Shown here piece by piece: positions 21,063-29,874 of a DNA stretch of 64,000 nucleotides. A program made the translations under genes and the position numbers. The stretch is from Leptolyngbyaceae cyanobacterium (lineage in GTDB: Bacteria; Cyanobacteriota; Cyanobacteriia; Phormidesmidales; Phormidesmidaceae), in the NCBI GenBank assembly GCA_965263355.1, contig CBDHHL010000056.1, forward strand, positions 1,120,001 through 1,184,000, read 5' to 3'. The notes beneath the pieces are model-generated. The model worked only from the letters and a program-made list of their open reading frames with translations. It was not told the origin of the DNA and ran no database searches. Position 1 is the first letter of the stretch, and each line of letters opens with the position of its first letter.

Positions 21063-24000
21063 TTACTCGATATCGGAATCGTCTGACAACAGATTTTTTA
21101 GGATTGTTTGGGTGAGGGGATGATCTGAAAGTTGTTGTGTTTGGTTGGTTTCGATCACCTTGCGCAAGATAGTAATAAAGTTGTTGCCAACAGTTTGGGT
21201 GTTGGGATGGTCCTGTCCTAGTTTGGCAAGAAAAACTTCTAAGGCTTTGACACCAACGTTAGCTGACTCCGCATAACGTTCTAACCCATAAAGAAACATT
21301 GCCATATTGTTATAGCTTCCGGCGGTGTCGGGATGATCAGGGCCGAGCTGGGTTTCTCTGATTTGAAGGGATCGGGTGTAGAGCGGTTCGGCGTCTTCGT
21401 AGCGACCCATCGTGTCGTACAGCGCTCCTAAATTATTCAGACTCAGAGCGGTATCGGGATGATCAGGGCCGAGCTGGGTTTCATTGATTTGAAGGGATCG
21501 GGTGTAGAGCGGTTCGGCGTCTTCGTAGCGACCCATCGTGTCGTACAGCGCTCCTAAATTATTCAGACTCCGAGCGGTATCGGGATGATCAGGGCCGAGC
21601 TGGGTTTCATTGATTTGAAGGGATCGGGTGTAGAGCGGTTCGGCGTCTTCGTAGCGACCCATCGTGTCGTACAGTCTTCTAAATTATTCAGACTCAGAGC
21701 GGTATCGGGATGATCAGGGCCGAGCTGGGTTTCTTTGATTTGAAGGGATCGGGTGTAGAGCGGTTCGGCGTCTTCGTAGCGACCCATCGTGCGATACAGC
21801 GCTCCTAAATTATTCAGACTCAGAGCGGTATCGGGATGATCAGGGCCGAGCTGGGTTTCTCTGATTTGAAGGGATCGGGTGTAGAGCGGTTCGGCGTCTT
21901 CGTAGCGACCCATCGTGTCGTACAGCAATCCTAAATTATTCAGACTCAGAGCGGTATCGGGATGATCAGGGCCGAGCTGGGTTTCTTTGATTTGAAGGGA
22001 TCGGGTGTAGAGCGGTTCGGCGTCTTCGTAGCGACCCATCGTGCGTACAGTGCTAAATAGAGCGGTATCGGGATGATCAGGGCCGAGCTGGGTTTCATTG
22101 ATTTGAAGGGATCGGGTGTAGAGCGGTTCGGCGTCTTCGTAGCGACCCATCGTGCGATACAGCGCTCCTAAATTATTCAGACTCCGAGCGGTATCGGGAT
22201 GATCAGGGCCGAGCTGGGTTTCTCTGATTTGAAGGGATCGGGTGTAGAGCGGTTCGGCGTCTTCGTAGCGACCCATCGTGCGATACAGCGCTGCTAAATT
22301 ATTCAGACTCCGAGCGGTATCGGGATGATCAGGGCCGAGCTGGGTTTCATTGATTTGAAGGGATCGGGTGTAGAGCGGTTCGGCGTCTTCGTAGCGACCC
22401 ATCGTGTCGTACAGCGCTCCTAAATTATTCAGACTCAGAGCGGTATCGGGATGATCAGGGCCGAGCTGGGTTTCTGATTGATTTAAGGGATCGGGTGTAG
22501 AGCGGTTCGGCGTCTTCGTAGCGACCCATCGTGCGATACAGCTCTGCTAAATTATTCAGACTCAGAGCGGTATCGGGATGATCAGGGCCGAGCTGGGTTT
22601 CTTGATTTGAAGGGATCGGGTGTAGAGCGGTTCGGCGTCTTCGTAGCGACCCATCGTGCGATACAGCCCTGCTAAATTATTCAGACTCAGAGCGGTATCG
22701 GGATGATCGCAGCCAAATCGTTCCTCCGTTATTTCCAAGCAAGATTGATACCAATGGTGTACCTCTGACCATAGACTTTGACTTTCATAAAACCGAGCCA
22801 GACTCACAAATGGCCACAAACTATCCGTACTGTCTTCAATAATATGACTCAGTTCCCGAGCGATCAGTTCCATATGGGGAACCGCTTCACCCAATGCCTG
22901 CCGCGCACTAAGCGTAACAATCTGCTGTGTTTGCTGAGCAAAACTAACCAACGCGTCGGCCACGCCTTTTTGCAATGCAGACGTTTGATCACTGAGTTCA
23001 GTTTCTAACTTACCCACCGTAAATTCACGGATCAACTGATGCAGCTGATAGCTTCCATCCCCACCACTCTGTAACAAATTACGCCTGACCAGCTCCACAT
23101 CCAGCCCATCTTCCAAATCTTCCTCATCCCACTCCGGCAGTGCCCCTTCGATCAATCCCTTCGGTATGGGTGCCGCCGCAAACACCGCCAACAGCCCCAT
23201 CAACGTTTTTGCCGCTGGCGTCAGATCCTGCCAGCTCAACTCAAACGCCGCCTGTATTGGCGCTTCATAAGTCTGCAACTGGTCATAGGCCACCTCTTCC
23301 GAGGCACTATTCAGCGCCTTCGTTTCCAACCGTTTCCGGTTTAGCCTTTCCTGCAGTTTTACAAATGTTGTATTCGGATGCAGTGCCAAATACCGCGCAA
23401 TTAACTCTACCCCCAACGGCAGCCGTCCCACCCATTCACATAAAGCCTCTGCCTCATTTAATTGTTGTTTGACCCGGTGCTCATTATCCACTAACCGCAT
23501 CAACAACGCCATCGCCTCCCCCAGGGGCAACACCCCCAGATCCAACCGATCCACAGGCTTTTCAAACCGCTGCCGCGAGGTCATCAACACTCGAAAGCTA
23601 ACATCCTCCTGGGGCAACAGGTTCTTTATATCGTCATAAGCCTGCACATCATCCAACAACAACAACCTCGCCCCTGGAAAATGATGACACCACTGGTCAT
23701 AACACCAGTTTGCCCTGGCCCTATCGTCCGCCAAATCATCCGGCAACTGCCAGCCAAAAATGTTGGCCGCCCCCACCAACTGCGTCACCAAATTCTGTTC
23801 TCGCACCTTAAAGTACCAGCGCCCACCAGGGTATTGCCCCTTCGCCTCTCGCACATACTGCTGCGCCAGGGCCGTCTTACCAATGCCCCCCATACCCGAC
23901 ACCGCAGTAATCGCCACCTGGTCCGAGTGATTTAGTTTTTGAGCAAGTTGTTCTAGCTCAGACCGTCGCCCAACAAACTCGCGGGCAACAAGATTTTCAA

Positions 24001-24070
24001 GACCATAATCTGGGGTGATTTTCTTTGGCGGTTTCCGTACCGACGACTGCAGCTAATCCTTAGAGGACAT
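21063..24070 (-). pseudogene. NLR-like NB-ARC/STAND ATPase + TPR protein, interrupted in this sequence (three frame-shifting repeat units plus an early in-frame TAG); may be intact in vivo
   Basis: FVGR..EL, GMGGIGKT Walker A, LLLLDDV Walker B, RLPL, LHQLIRE, then 42-aa HPDTA.SLNNL TPR repeats; split in the ORF track as 22562-23917, 21563-22402 and 21063-21662. Confidence 0.8.
21331..22710 (-). repeat. Tandem array of 11 near-identical ~126-bp units encoding 42-aa TPR repeats
   Basis: GGATGATC anchor at 21331, 21457, 21583, 21708, 21834, 21960, 22071, 22197, 22323, 22449, 22576, 22701. Confidence 0.95.
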
Positions 24071-24563
24071 TACCAAGGTTTAAAGTTCCGACATCACCAA
24101 TGTTATAAACAGTAGCCCCATCACTGGCGTTGTTAACAGTTGCACCAGGGGCATTAACATTAACCTGATTATTGTTGCCACCAAAATTTTGCTGTACCGA
24201 ATCAGCATTCATATCATTCATATTAAAGACTACCTGATGCAGATCGTCAGCAACCTGTTCAACTTCCTTGGCAAAGTCATCGCTAGCCTCTATTGCTTTG
24301 TCGATATAGTCCTTGAGCACTTTAATATCGTCTTCAGAGCCCTTGGCGGCAGCGTCTAACCGTTGGTCAATTCCTTTATCCTTAAAGCAACGCTGCCAGA
24401 TCAAATCACCCAGCTGCATGATTTTTTCATTGGCCTTTTCGATGACGGTGCCGCCCAGCTTCGTAGCGGTTTCTTCAAGTTTTTGGCCAGCGCCATCAAA
24501 GAATTTGTCGAGGACGATTTTGGCTAGGGCTGTAGCAGCGGTCAAGGAAAGTGCTTCGAGCAT
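24060..24563 (-). CDS. Small helical NLR-associated protein (Bell/HeLo-like candidate) with an N/Q/G-rich C-terminal tail
   Basis: Hydrophobic N-terminal helix, helical body, tail VQQNFGGNNNQVNVNAPGATVNNASDGATVYNIGDVGTLNLG; abuts the NLR gene; family call is inferred. Confidence 0.7.
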   Translation of the reverse strand: MLEALSLTAATALAKIVLDKFFDGAGQKLEETATKLGGTVIEKANEKIMQLGDLIWQRCFKDKGIDQRLDAAAKGSEDDIKVLKDYIDKAIEASDDFAKEVEQVADDLHQVVFNMNDMNADSVQQNFGGNNNQVNVNAPGATVNNASDGATVYNIGDVGTLNLGNVL

Positions 24564-24800
24564 AGATTTTGTGCAGATAGTCAGGGTACCTACGTTTTAG
24601 CAATTTTGTTTGATATTGTCAGGTACCCCAAGAGGGTATGTTTGCGCTTGGTAGGGGCAGGGGATGAGGGCTATCCTCTTTGCTAAAAAAAATTTCGCTT
24701 TGGTCAGCGAATTTTGACGGGGCCTAAGCTGATAGCTGGCTCTATGGGTGGAATGGTGGGCGGTGTCCACCCTACGGGGGCTCCGGCTGGGCAAAATTAG

Positions 24801-25148
24801 TTGGGGAATGTGTCTGTGTATCAATTATTGCAACTGGTTCATTTGATTGTGCTGCGACTGATGCAATGGCTGCAGCCCTATTTGGGGCCTGTTTGCTTGG
24901 TCCTGGCTTGGGGCTTGGTTGCTTTGGGTATCTGGCAGGTAATTGTGGCTACCCGTGAGGGTGTGCAACGGGCCCAGACGATGCATCGTATTCCTTGCTC
25001 AGACTGTAGCTTTTTTACTAACCAGGCCGTTCTTAAATGTCCGCTCCATCCGACCACCGCACTGTCAGAAGAGGCCATTGACTGTTTGGATTTTGAAACC
25101 GCAAACCCTACACTGGCGGCTCACCAACGGTTTAACGCGTCTAATTAA
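24801..25148 (+). CDS. Small membrane protein with a Cys/His-rich C-terminal domain
   Basis: One TM, then HRIPCSDC...KCPLHP...DCLDF; start uncertain. Confidence 0.7.
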   Translation: MGNVSVYQLLQLVHLIVLRLMQWLQPYLGPVCLVLAWGLVALGIWQVIVATREGVQRAQTMHRIPCSDCSFFTNQAVLKCPLHPTTALSEEAIDCLDFETANPTLAAHQRFNASN

Positions 25149-25153
25149 CCTAT

Positions 25154-25195
25154 GGGACGTGTAGAGGCGTTCCATGGAACGCCTCTACACGTCCC
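25154..25195. repeat. Perfect 42-bp palindrome (REP-like, GTAG-containing)
   Basis: GGGACGTGTAGAGGCGTTCCA|TGGAACGCCTCTACACGTCCC. Confidence 0.85.
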
Positions 25196-25382
25196 CCAAA
25201 AAATCTACGCAATATCCTTACAACGTATAGATTAATTTTGACTGAATTTAACGTGTCCTTTATGGGCTGGTCAAACTAAACCAAATATTCTGTAGTTAGG
25301 TCGCTTTTTTGATGTGCTTGTCAATAAAAAAGGGCATTCTGGTCAAAAGAGCTGATAAAACGGCTGGTTGAGTGTTTCTTGA

Positions 25383-25455
25383 TAAACCACGTCCAAGTTC
25401 AACCCTTTAAGTTCTTCTACGGAAAAACTTCTGTTCTGGACGTGGACAAGGTTTA
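25383..25455 (+). repeat. 73-bp dispersed repeat / putative MITE, copy 1
   Basis: TAAACCACGTCC...GGACGTGGACAAGGTTTA; homologous copies at 39267, 42427 and 46308 (minus). Confidence 0.85.
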
Positions 25456-25489
25456 GTTGGATCGTTGGGTGATTTTTTAGGGCATCGCG

Positions 25490-26380
25490 ATGATATCGAT
25501 TTTTATTTTGACTCACAATGAAGAGCGAGATATTGCAGCCTGTATAGAGTCAGCTTTGATTTCGGATGATGTGATTGTGGTCGATTCGATTAGTAGCGAT
25601 CGCACCCTAGAAATCGCCCAGCGTTATCCCGTTCGTATCGTTCAGCATGCGTTTGAAAGCCATGGCAAACAGCGCACCTGGATGCTCCGCAACGTACCCA
25701 CTAAATACGAGTGGGTATACATCCTGGAAGCAGACGAACGGATGACACCAGAATTATTTAACGAATGCAACATAGCCGCTCAGTCTGATGAACATGTGGG
25801 CTACTACGCCGCTGAGCGCGTCATGTTCATGAATCACTGGATTCGCTATAGCACCCAGTATCCCCGCTATCAGCTACGGCTGCTCGATAAGCAGCGAGTC
25901 TGGTTTGACGACTACGGCCACACCGAACGGGAAGTGTGTGACGGAACCACCGGTTTTCTCAAAGAAACCTATCCCCATTACACCTGTAGTAAAGGCTTTG
26001 ACCGTTGGATCGAAAAACACAACCGCTACTCCAGCGACGAAGCCGCCGAAACCATTAAGCAATTATCGGACCATGGCATCAATTGGGGTGCCCTGCTATT
26101 TGGCCGGTCTGAAGTAGACCGTCGCCGCGCCCTCAAAGACCTATCCCTACGGATGCCGCTACGGCCCCTGGTGCGGTTTATCTATATGTACTTCTTCCTA
26201 GGCGGTATCTTAGATGGCCGCGCCGGATTTACCTGGTGCTTACTGCAAGCATTTTATGAGTACCTGATCACCTTAAAAGTGTGGGAACTCCAACATGGAT
26301 ACACCAGCGATGTCGTCGGTGTACCGACTGATAGCGATGCCGTAACCCATAATCCTAAAGAGCTAGCCAGGTCCGCTTAG
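25490..26380 (+). CDS. Glycosyltransferase family 2
   Basis: ILTHNEE, VVDS.S.DRT, LEADE DxD-like motif, W..KHNRYS, LDG..G. Confidence 0.92.
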   Translation: MISIFILTHNEERDIAACIESALISDDVIVVDSISSDRTLEIAQRYPVRIVQHAFESHGKQRTWMLRNVPTKYEWVYILEADERMTPELFNECNIAAQSDEHVGYYAAERVMFMNHWIRYSTQYPRYQLRLLDKQRVWFDDYGHTEREVCDGTTGFLKETYPHYTCSKGFDRWIEKHNRYSSDEAAETIKQLSDHGINWGALLFGRSEVDRRRALKDLSLRMPLRPLVRFIYMYFFLGGILDGRAGFTWCLLQAFYEYLITLKVWELQHGYTSDVVGVPTDSDAVTHNPKELARSA

Positions 26381-26774
26381 AATTACGTCACTTACTAAAA
26401 GAGCCTGAGGTTGTGCGCTGACGCGTACCACCACTTACCATCTAATACGAAATCCTGCCTGATAGCACCTGGTATTGAAGGGCATCCACAAGGGAGTGCC
26501 CCTACAGGATTGTTCATGTGTAATCGGTTTTAATGCACTCGGATTTGGTGTAACCCAAAATTTTGCACTTGAGATACCCCTTAGGCTATTGGCTAGTCCA
26601 GCCATAGCAAATCCTGAGAAATTATCGTTTTTCCCTGCAGAATAGCGGTATTTGGCTAACGACGGGCAAACTAGGCCTAAGGTGCACAGCGGATAGGCGC
26701 ATGACCTCTTGCCTACCCAAACGTTTTTGCTTGATGCATTTAATGCCAACACCAGAGCCTTAAAGTGTAGTCAT

Positions 26775-27917
26775 ATGCTGATTCAGGCCCAATCCGTATC
26801 CGAGTATTTGCTCACCCTGGCCCAACACCATCAAACTGGCGAACTCATAGTTGGGGCAGCAACGAATGAGCCCTGGAAGCTTTACTTTTATTCGGGACGC
26901 CTAATCTATGCAACGGGGGGACAACACCCGGTTCGACGCTGGTATCGTTCATTGCGACGCCATAGTCAACAGTTTTCCAGCAGTTGGTTTACTGACATGC
27001 GTACCCCTGGTGATTATTGGGAAGTTGATTTTCTTAACCAGGCAATCAAACGGGAACACATTTCCCTAAATCAGGCTAAGGCGACCATTCAGAGCATTGT
27101 GGATGAGGTGGTGCTGACGCTGATAGATTACCCTGCCGATGATATGCAGTGGCATCCAAATCGGATGGTGGCGCAGCAGGTGGTGTTTTTATCGGTACAG
27201 CAGGCAGTGGTGCGATCGCAACAGATTTATGATGCCTGGCCCACCATCGTAGGCGACCATTTATCCACCCTGGTGCCCCACGAAATTCCCTATTTATCGC
27301 CCATTGTCATTAATCCCCGAGGGTTACAGCTACATCTGTCCACGGCCAAGTACGAGCGTTTAAGCCGTTGGATGCAGGGCAACATCACCATCTGGGATAT
27401 AGCCGCCCAAACCCATCGTTCTCTACCTGAGGTGATCAAACTGCTACTGCCACTAATCTACGAAGGTTGGGTAGATCTGCAATCAATTCCAGATATTCCC
27501 GCCCCCTACATCCCCCCTCGCCACGGAACAACCAATACCCACAGGGTAACGAGGGGACTGATCGCCTGTATTGACGATAGTCCCTTGGTGAGTAAATTTA
27601 TGGCTGAACTAGTGCAGCCCCTGGGCTACGAAGTGCTACCGGTCACTAAGCCAGTGGAACAAATTTCCATACTTACCCAGCATCGGCCCGACTTGATTTT
27701 TCTGGACATTACGATGCCGAATATCAGTGGCTATGAGCTTTGTAAGTTTCTACGTCGAACGGACGTTTTTTACAAAACGCCGATTATTATTTTGACGGGT
27801 CGCGATGGGGTGATCGACCGCATGCGGGCCAAAATGGCGGGTGCAGATGATTTTTTGGCGAAACCTCCAGAGTCTGAGAAGGTGGCGCAATTGCTAGACA
27901 AATATACTTTAGGGTGA
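26775..27917 (+). CDS. PatA-family response regulator (PATAN + receiver)
   Basis: W.LYFYSGRLIYA.GG.HPVRRW PATAN motif; IACIDDSP, PDLIFLDI.MP, FLAKP; ORF opens at TTG 26709. Confidence 0.9.
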   Translation: MLIQAQSVSEYLLTLAQHHQTGELIVGAATNEPWKLYFYSGRLIYATGGQHPVRRWYRSLRRHSQQFSSSWFTDMRTPGDYWEVDFLNQAIKREHISLNQAKATIQSIVDEVVLTLIDYPADDMQWHPNRMVAQQVVFLSVQQAVVRSQQIYDAWPTIVGDHLSTLVPHEIPYLSPIVINPRGLQLHLSTAKYERLSRWMQGNITIWDIAAQTHRSLPEVIKLLLPLIYEGWVDLQSIPDIPAPYIPPRHGTTNTHRVTRGLIACIDDSPLVSKFMAELVQPLGYEVLPVTKPVEQISILTQHRPDLIFLDITMPNISGYELCKFLRRTDVFYKTPIIILTGRDGVIDRMRAKMAGADDFLAKPPESEKVAQLLDKYTLG

Positions 27918-27940
27918 TTGTTTTATTGCGGTTGGGCATC

Positions 27941-28030
27941 GCCCATTGCCCATTCCCCACAGACAAGGTTAGGTTTCGTTTCTCAACCCAACCTACAGCC
28001 TACGGCCCCATTGCCCATTCCCCATTGCCC
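27941..28030. repeat. STRR-like heptamer repeats (CCCATTG/CCCATTC) flanking a REP-like palindrome
   Basis: Seen directly upstream of lysS. Confidence 0.6.
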
Positions 28031-28073
28031 AAATACAATTAACACCTGCACAATTATTACTCCCCCTTAACAC

Positions 28074-29594
28074 ATGGCCAGCTCCCAGCCCAATGATCAA
28101 AGTCCTCGCGAAATTCGCGCTGCTCGTTTACAAAAAGTAAACGAACTGAAACAGCTGGGCCTGAATCCATATGCCTATACCTGGAATGTCACCCATCAAG
28201 CCGCAGCACTCCAGGAAAAATTTGCTGACTTGCCCACAGGGGAAGAAACGGACTTTGAGGTCAGTATCGCCGGTCGAATTATGGTCCGGCGCGTGTTTGG
28301 TAAGCTGGCCTTTTTTACCCTCCAGGATGAAACCGGCTCCATTCAACTGTTTCTGGATAAAAAGACGATTCAGGCAGCGATGGCTGAGATTGATGAGCAG
28401 GCGTTTACCCACCTTAAGCAGCTGACCGACGTGGGTGACTTTTTTGGGGTCAAGGGCATTATCAAACGCACCGATAAGGGTGAACTTTCTGTCAAAGTCA
28501 GTACCTACGCTATTCTTACCAAAGCACTACTGCCCCTGCCAGATAAGTGGCATGGCCTCACCGATGTGGCTAAGCGCTACCGTCAGCGCTATGTCGATTT
28601 AATTGTTAATCCTGAGGTAAGGGATACCTTTCGTAAGCGCGCCCTGATTACGGCCTCGATTCGACGCTATCTGGACCAGCAAAACTTTATTGAAATTGAA
28701 ACCCCAGTTTTGCAGGCTGAGCCCGGTGGTGCAGATGCTCGACCATTTATCACCCATCACAACACCCTAGATATGCAGCTTTATCTACGGATTGCCACAG
28801 AGCTGCACTTAAAACGGCTGATAGTGGGTGGGTTTGAGCGGGTTTTTGAAATGGGACGCATCTTTCGCAATGAAGGTATTTCTACCCGTCATAATCCGGA
28901 ATTTACCTCCATTGAGCTGTATCAGGCCTATGCTGATTACCATGACATGATGGATATTACTGAAGCCCTGATTGTCAATGCCGCTGAAGAGGTACTAGGC
29001 ACAACCCAGATTACCTATCAGGGAGAGCCCATTAACTTGAGTACTCCCTGGAAACGCATCACCATGCATGATGCTGTGTTGGAAAAGACTGGAGTTAATT
29101 TTGCTGAGTTTACCGATTTAGACGCCGCCAAGGCCGCCGCTAAGGAAGCGGCACTGCATGGCATCGATGACTGCCCCAGCATCGGCCATGTTTTAAACGA
29201 AGCCTTTGAGCAAACCGTTGAACCGACGTTAATACAGCCCACATTTATCATTGATTACCCAGTGGAGATTTCCCCACTGGCTAAACCCCATCGGGATAAG
29301 CCCGGCCTGGTGGAACGGTTTGAGTTATTTATTGTCGGACGCGAAACGGCCAATAGCTTCTCAGAGTTAACGGATCCGGTGGATCAACGGCAGCGGCTAG
29401 AAGCCCAGGCCGCCAAAAAAGCAGCGGGTGACCTTGAAGCCCATAGTCTGGACGAAGACTTTGTGACGGCTCTGGAGTATGGCATGCCGCCCACTGGCGG
29501 TATGGGTATGGGCATCGACCGTTTAGTCATGCTCCTAACTGACGCCCCCAGTATTCGAGATGTGATTGCATTTCCGTTGCTCAAGCCTGAATAA
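28074..29594 (+). CDS. lysS: Lysine-tRNA ligase (class II)
   Basis: [49 protein letters not shown]. Confidence 0.98.
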   Translation: MASSQPNDQSPREIRAARLQKVNELKQLGLNPYAYTWNVTHQAAALQEKFADLPTGEETDFEVSIAGRIMVRRVFGKLAFFTLQDETGSIQLFLDKKTIQAAMAEIDEQAFTHLKQLTDVGDFFGVKGIIKRTDKGELSVKVSTYAILTKALLPLPDKWHGLTDVAKRYRQRYVDLIVNPEVRDTFRKRALITASIRRYLDQQNFIEIETPVLQAEPGGADARPFITHHNTLDMQLYLRIATELHLKRLIVGGFERVFEMGRIFRNEGISTRHNPEFTSIELYQAYADYHDMMDITEALIVNAAEEVLGTTQITYQGEPINLSTPWKRITMHDAVLEKTGVNFAEFTDLDAAKAAAKEAALHGIDDCPSIGHVLNEAFEQTVEPTLIQPTFIIDYPVEISPLAKPHRDKPGLVERFELFIVGRETANSFSELTDPVDQRQRLEAQAAKKAAGDLEAHSLDEDFVTALEYGMPPTGGMGMGIDRLVMLLTDAPSIRDVIAFPLLKPE

Positions 29595-29874
29595 ACCGGT
29601 TTCTTACCCGCCTACAGTGATGATTTGCCCTGAGGCTGCGCTTTAATGCTGACTATTCAGCTTGCGAATTAAGTAAACGTGTTTATGGAGTTATCAGTCA
29701 ATCTAGCCAAACTGATTAAACTAGAGGGGAAGCTGTTGAGGGCAAACTATAGTTAATAGAGTTGTCTACCAGAGTTTAGAGGGTACCTTAGTGCATGCTT
29801 TAACTTAGCCTGCATACTATAGGGTTGATTAATTTCCGTTAAATTATAATTTTGGCTAATCCGTATAAATAACT

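Noticed and set aside
21331..22710. 126-bp tandem array as a CRISPR array or DGR template/variable repeat
   Set aside because: The units are contiguous coding repeats without unique spacers; no cas or reverse transcriptase gene is present; variation is not adenine-specific
24078..24084. T TTA AAC slippery heptamer near the end of the 167-aa gene as a -1 frameshift into the NLR
   Set aside because: The -1 frame reaches TAA within three codons, and the NLR is in the +1 frame
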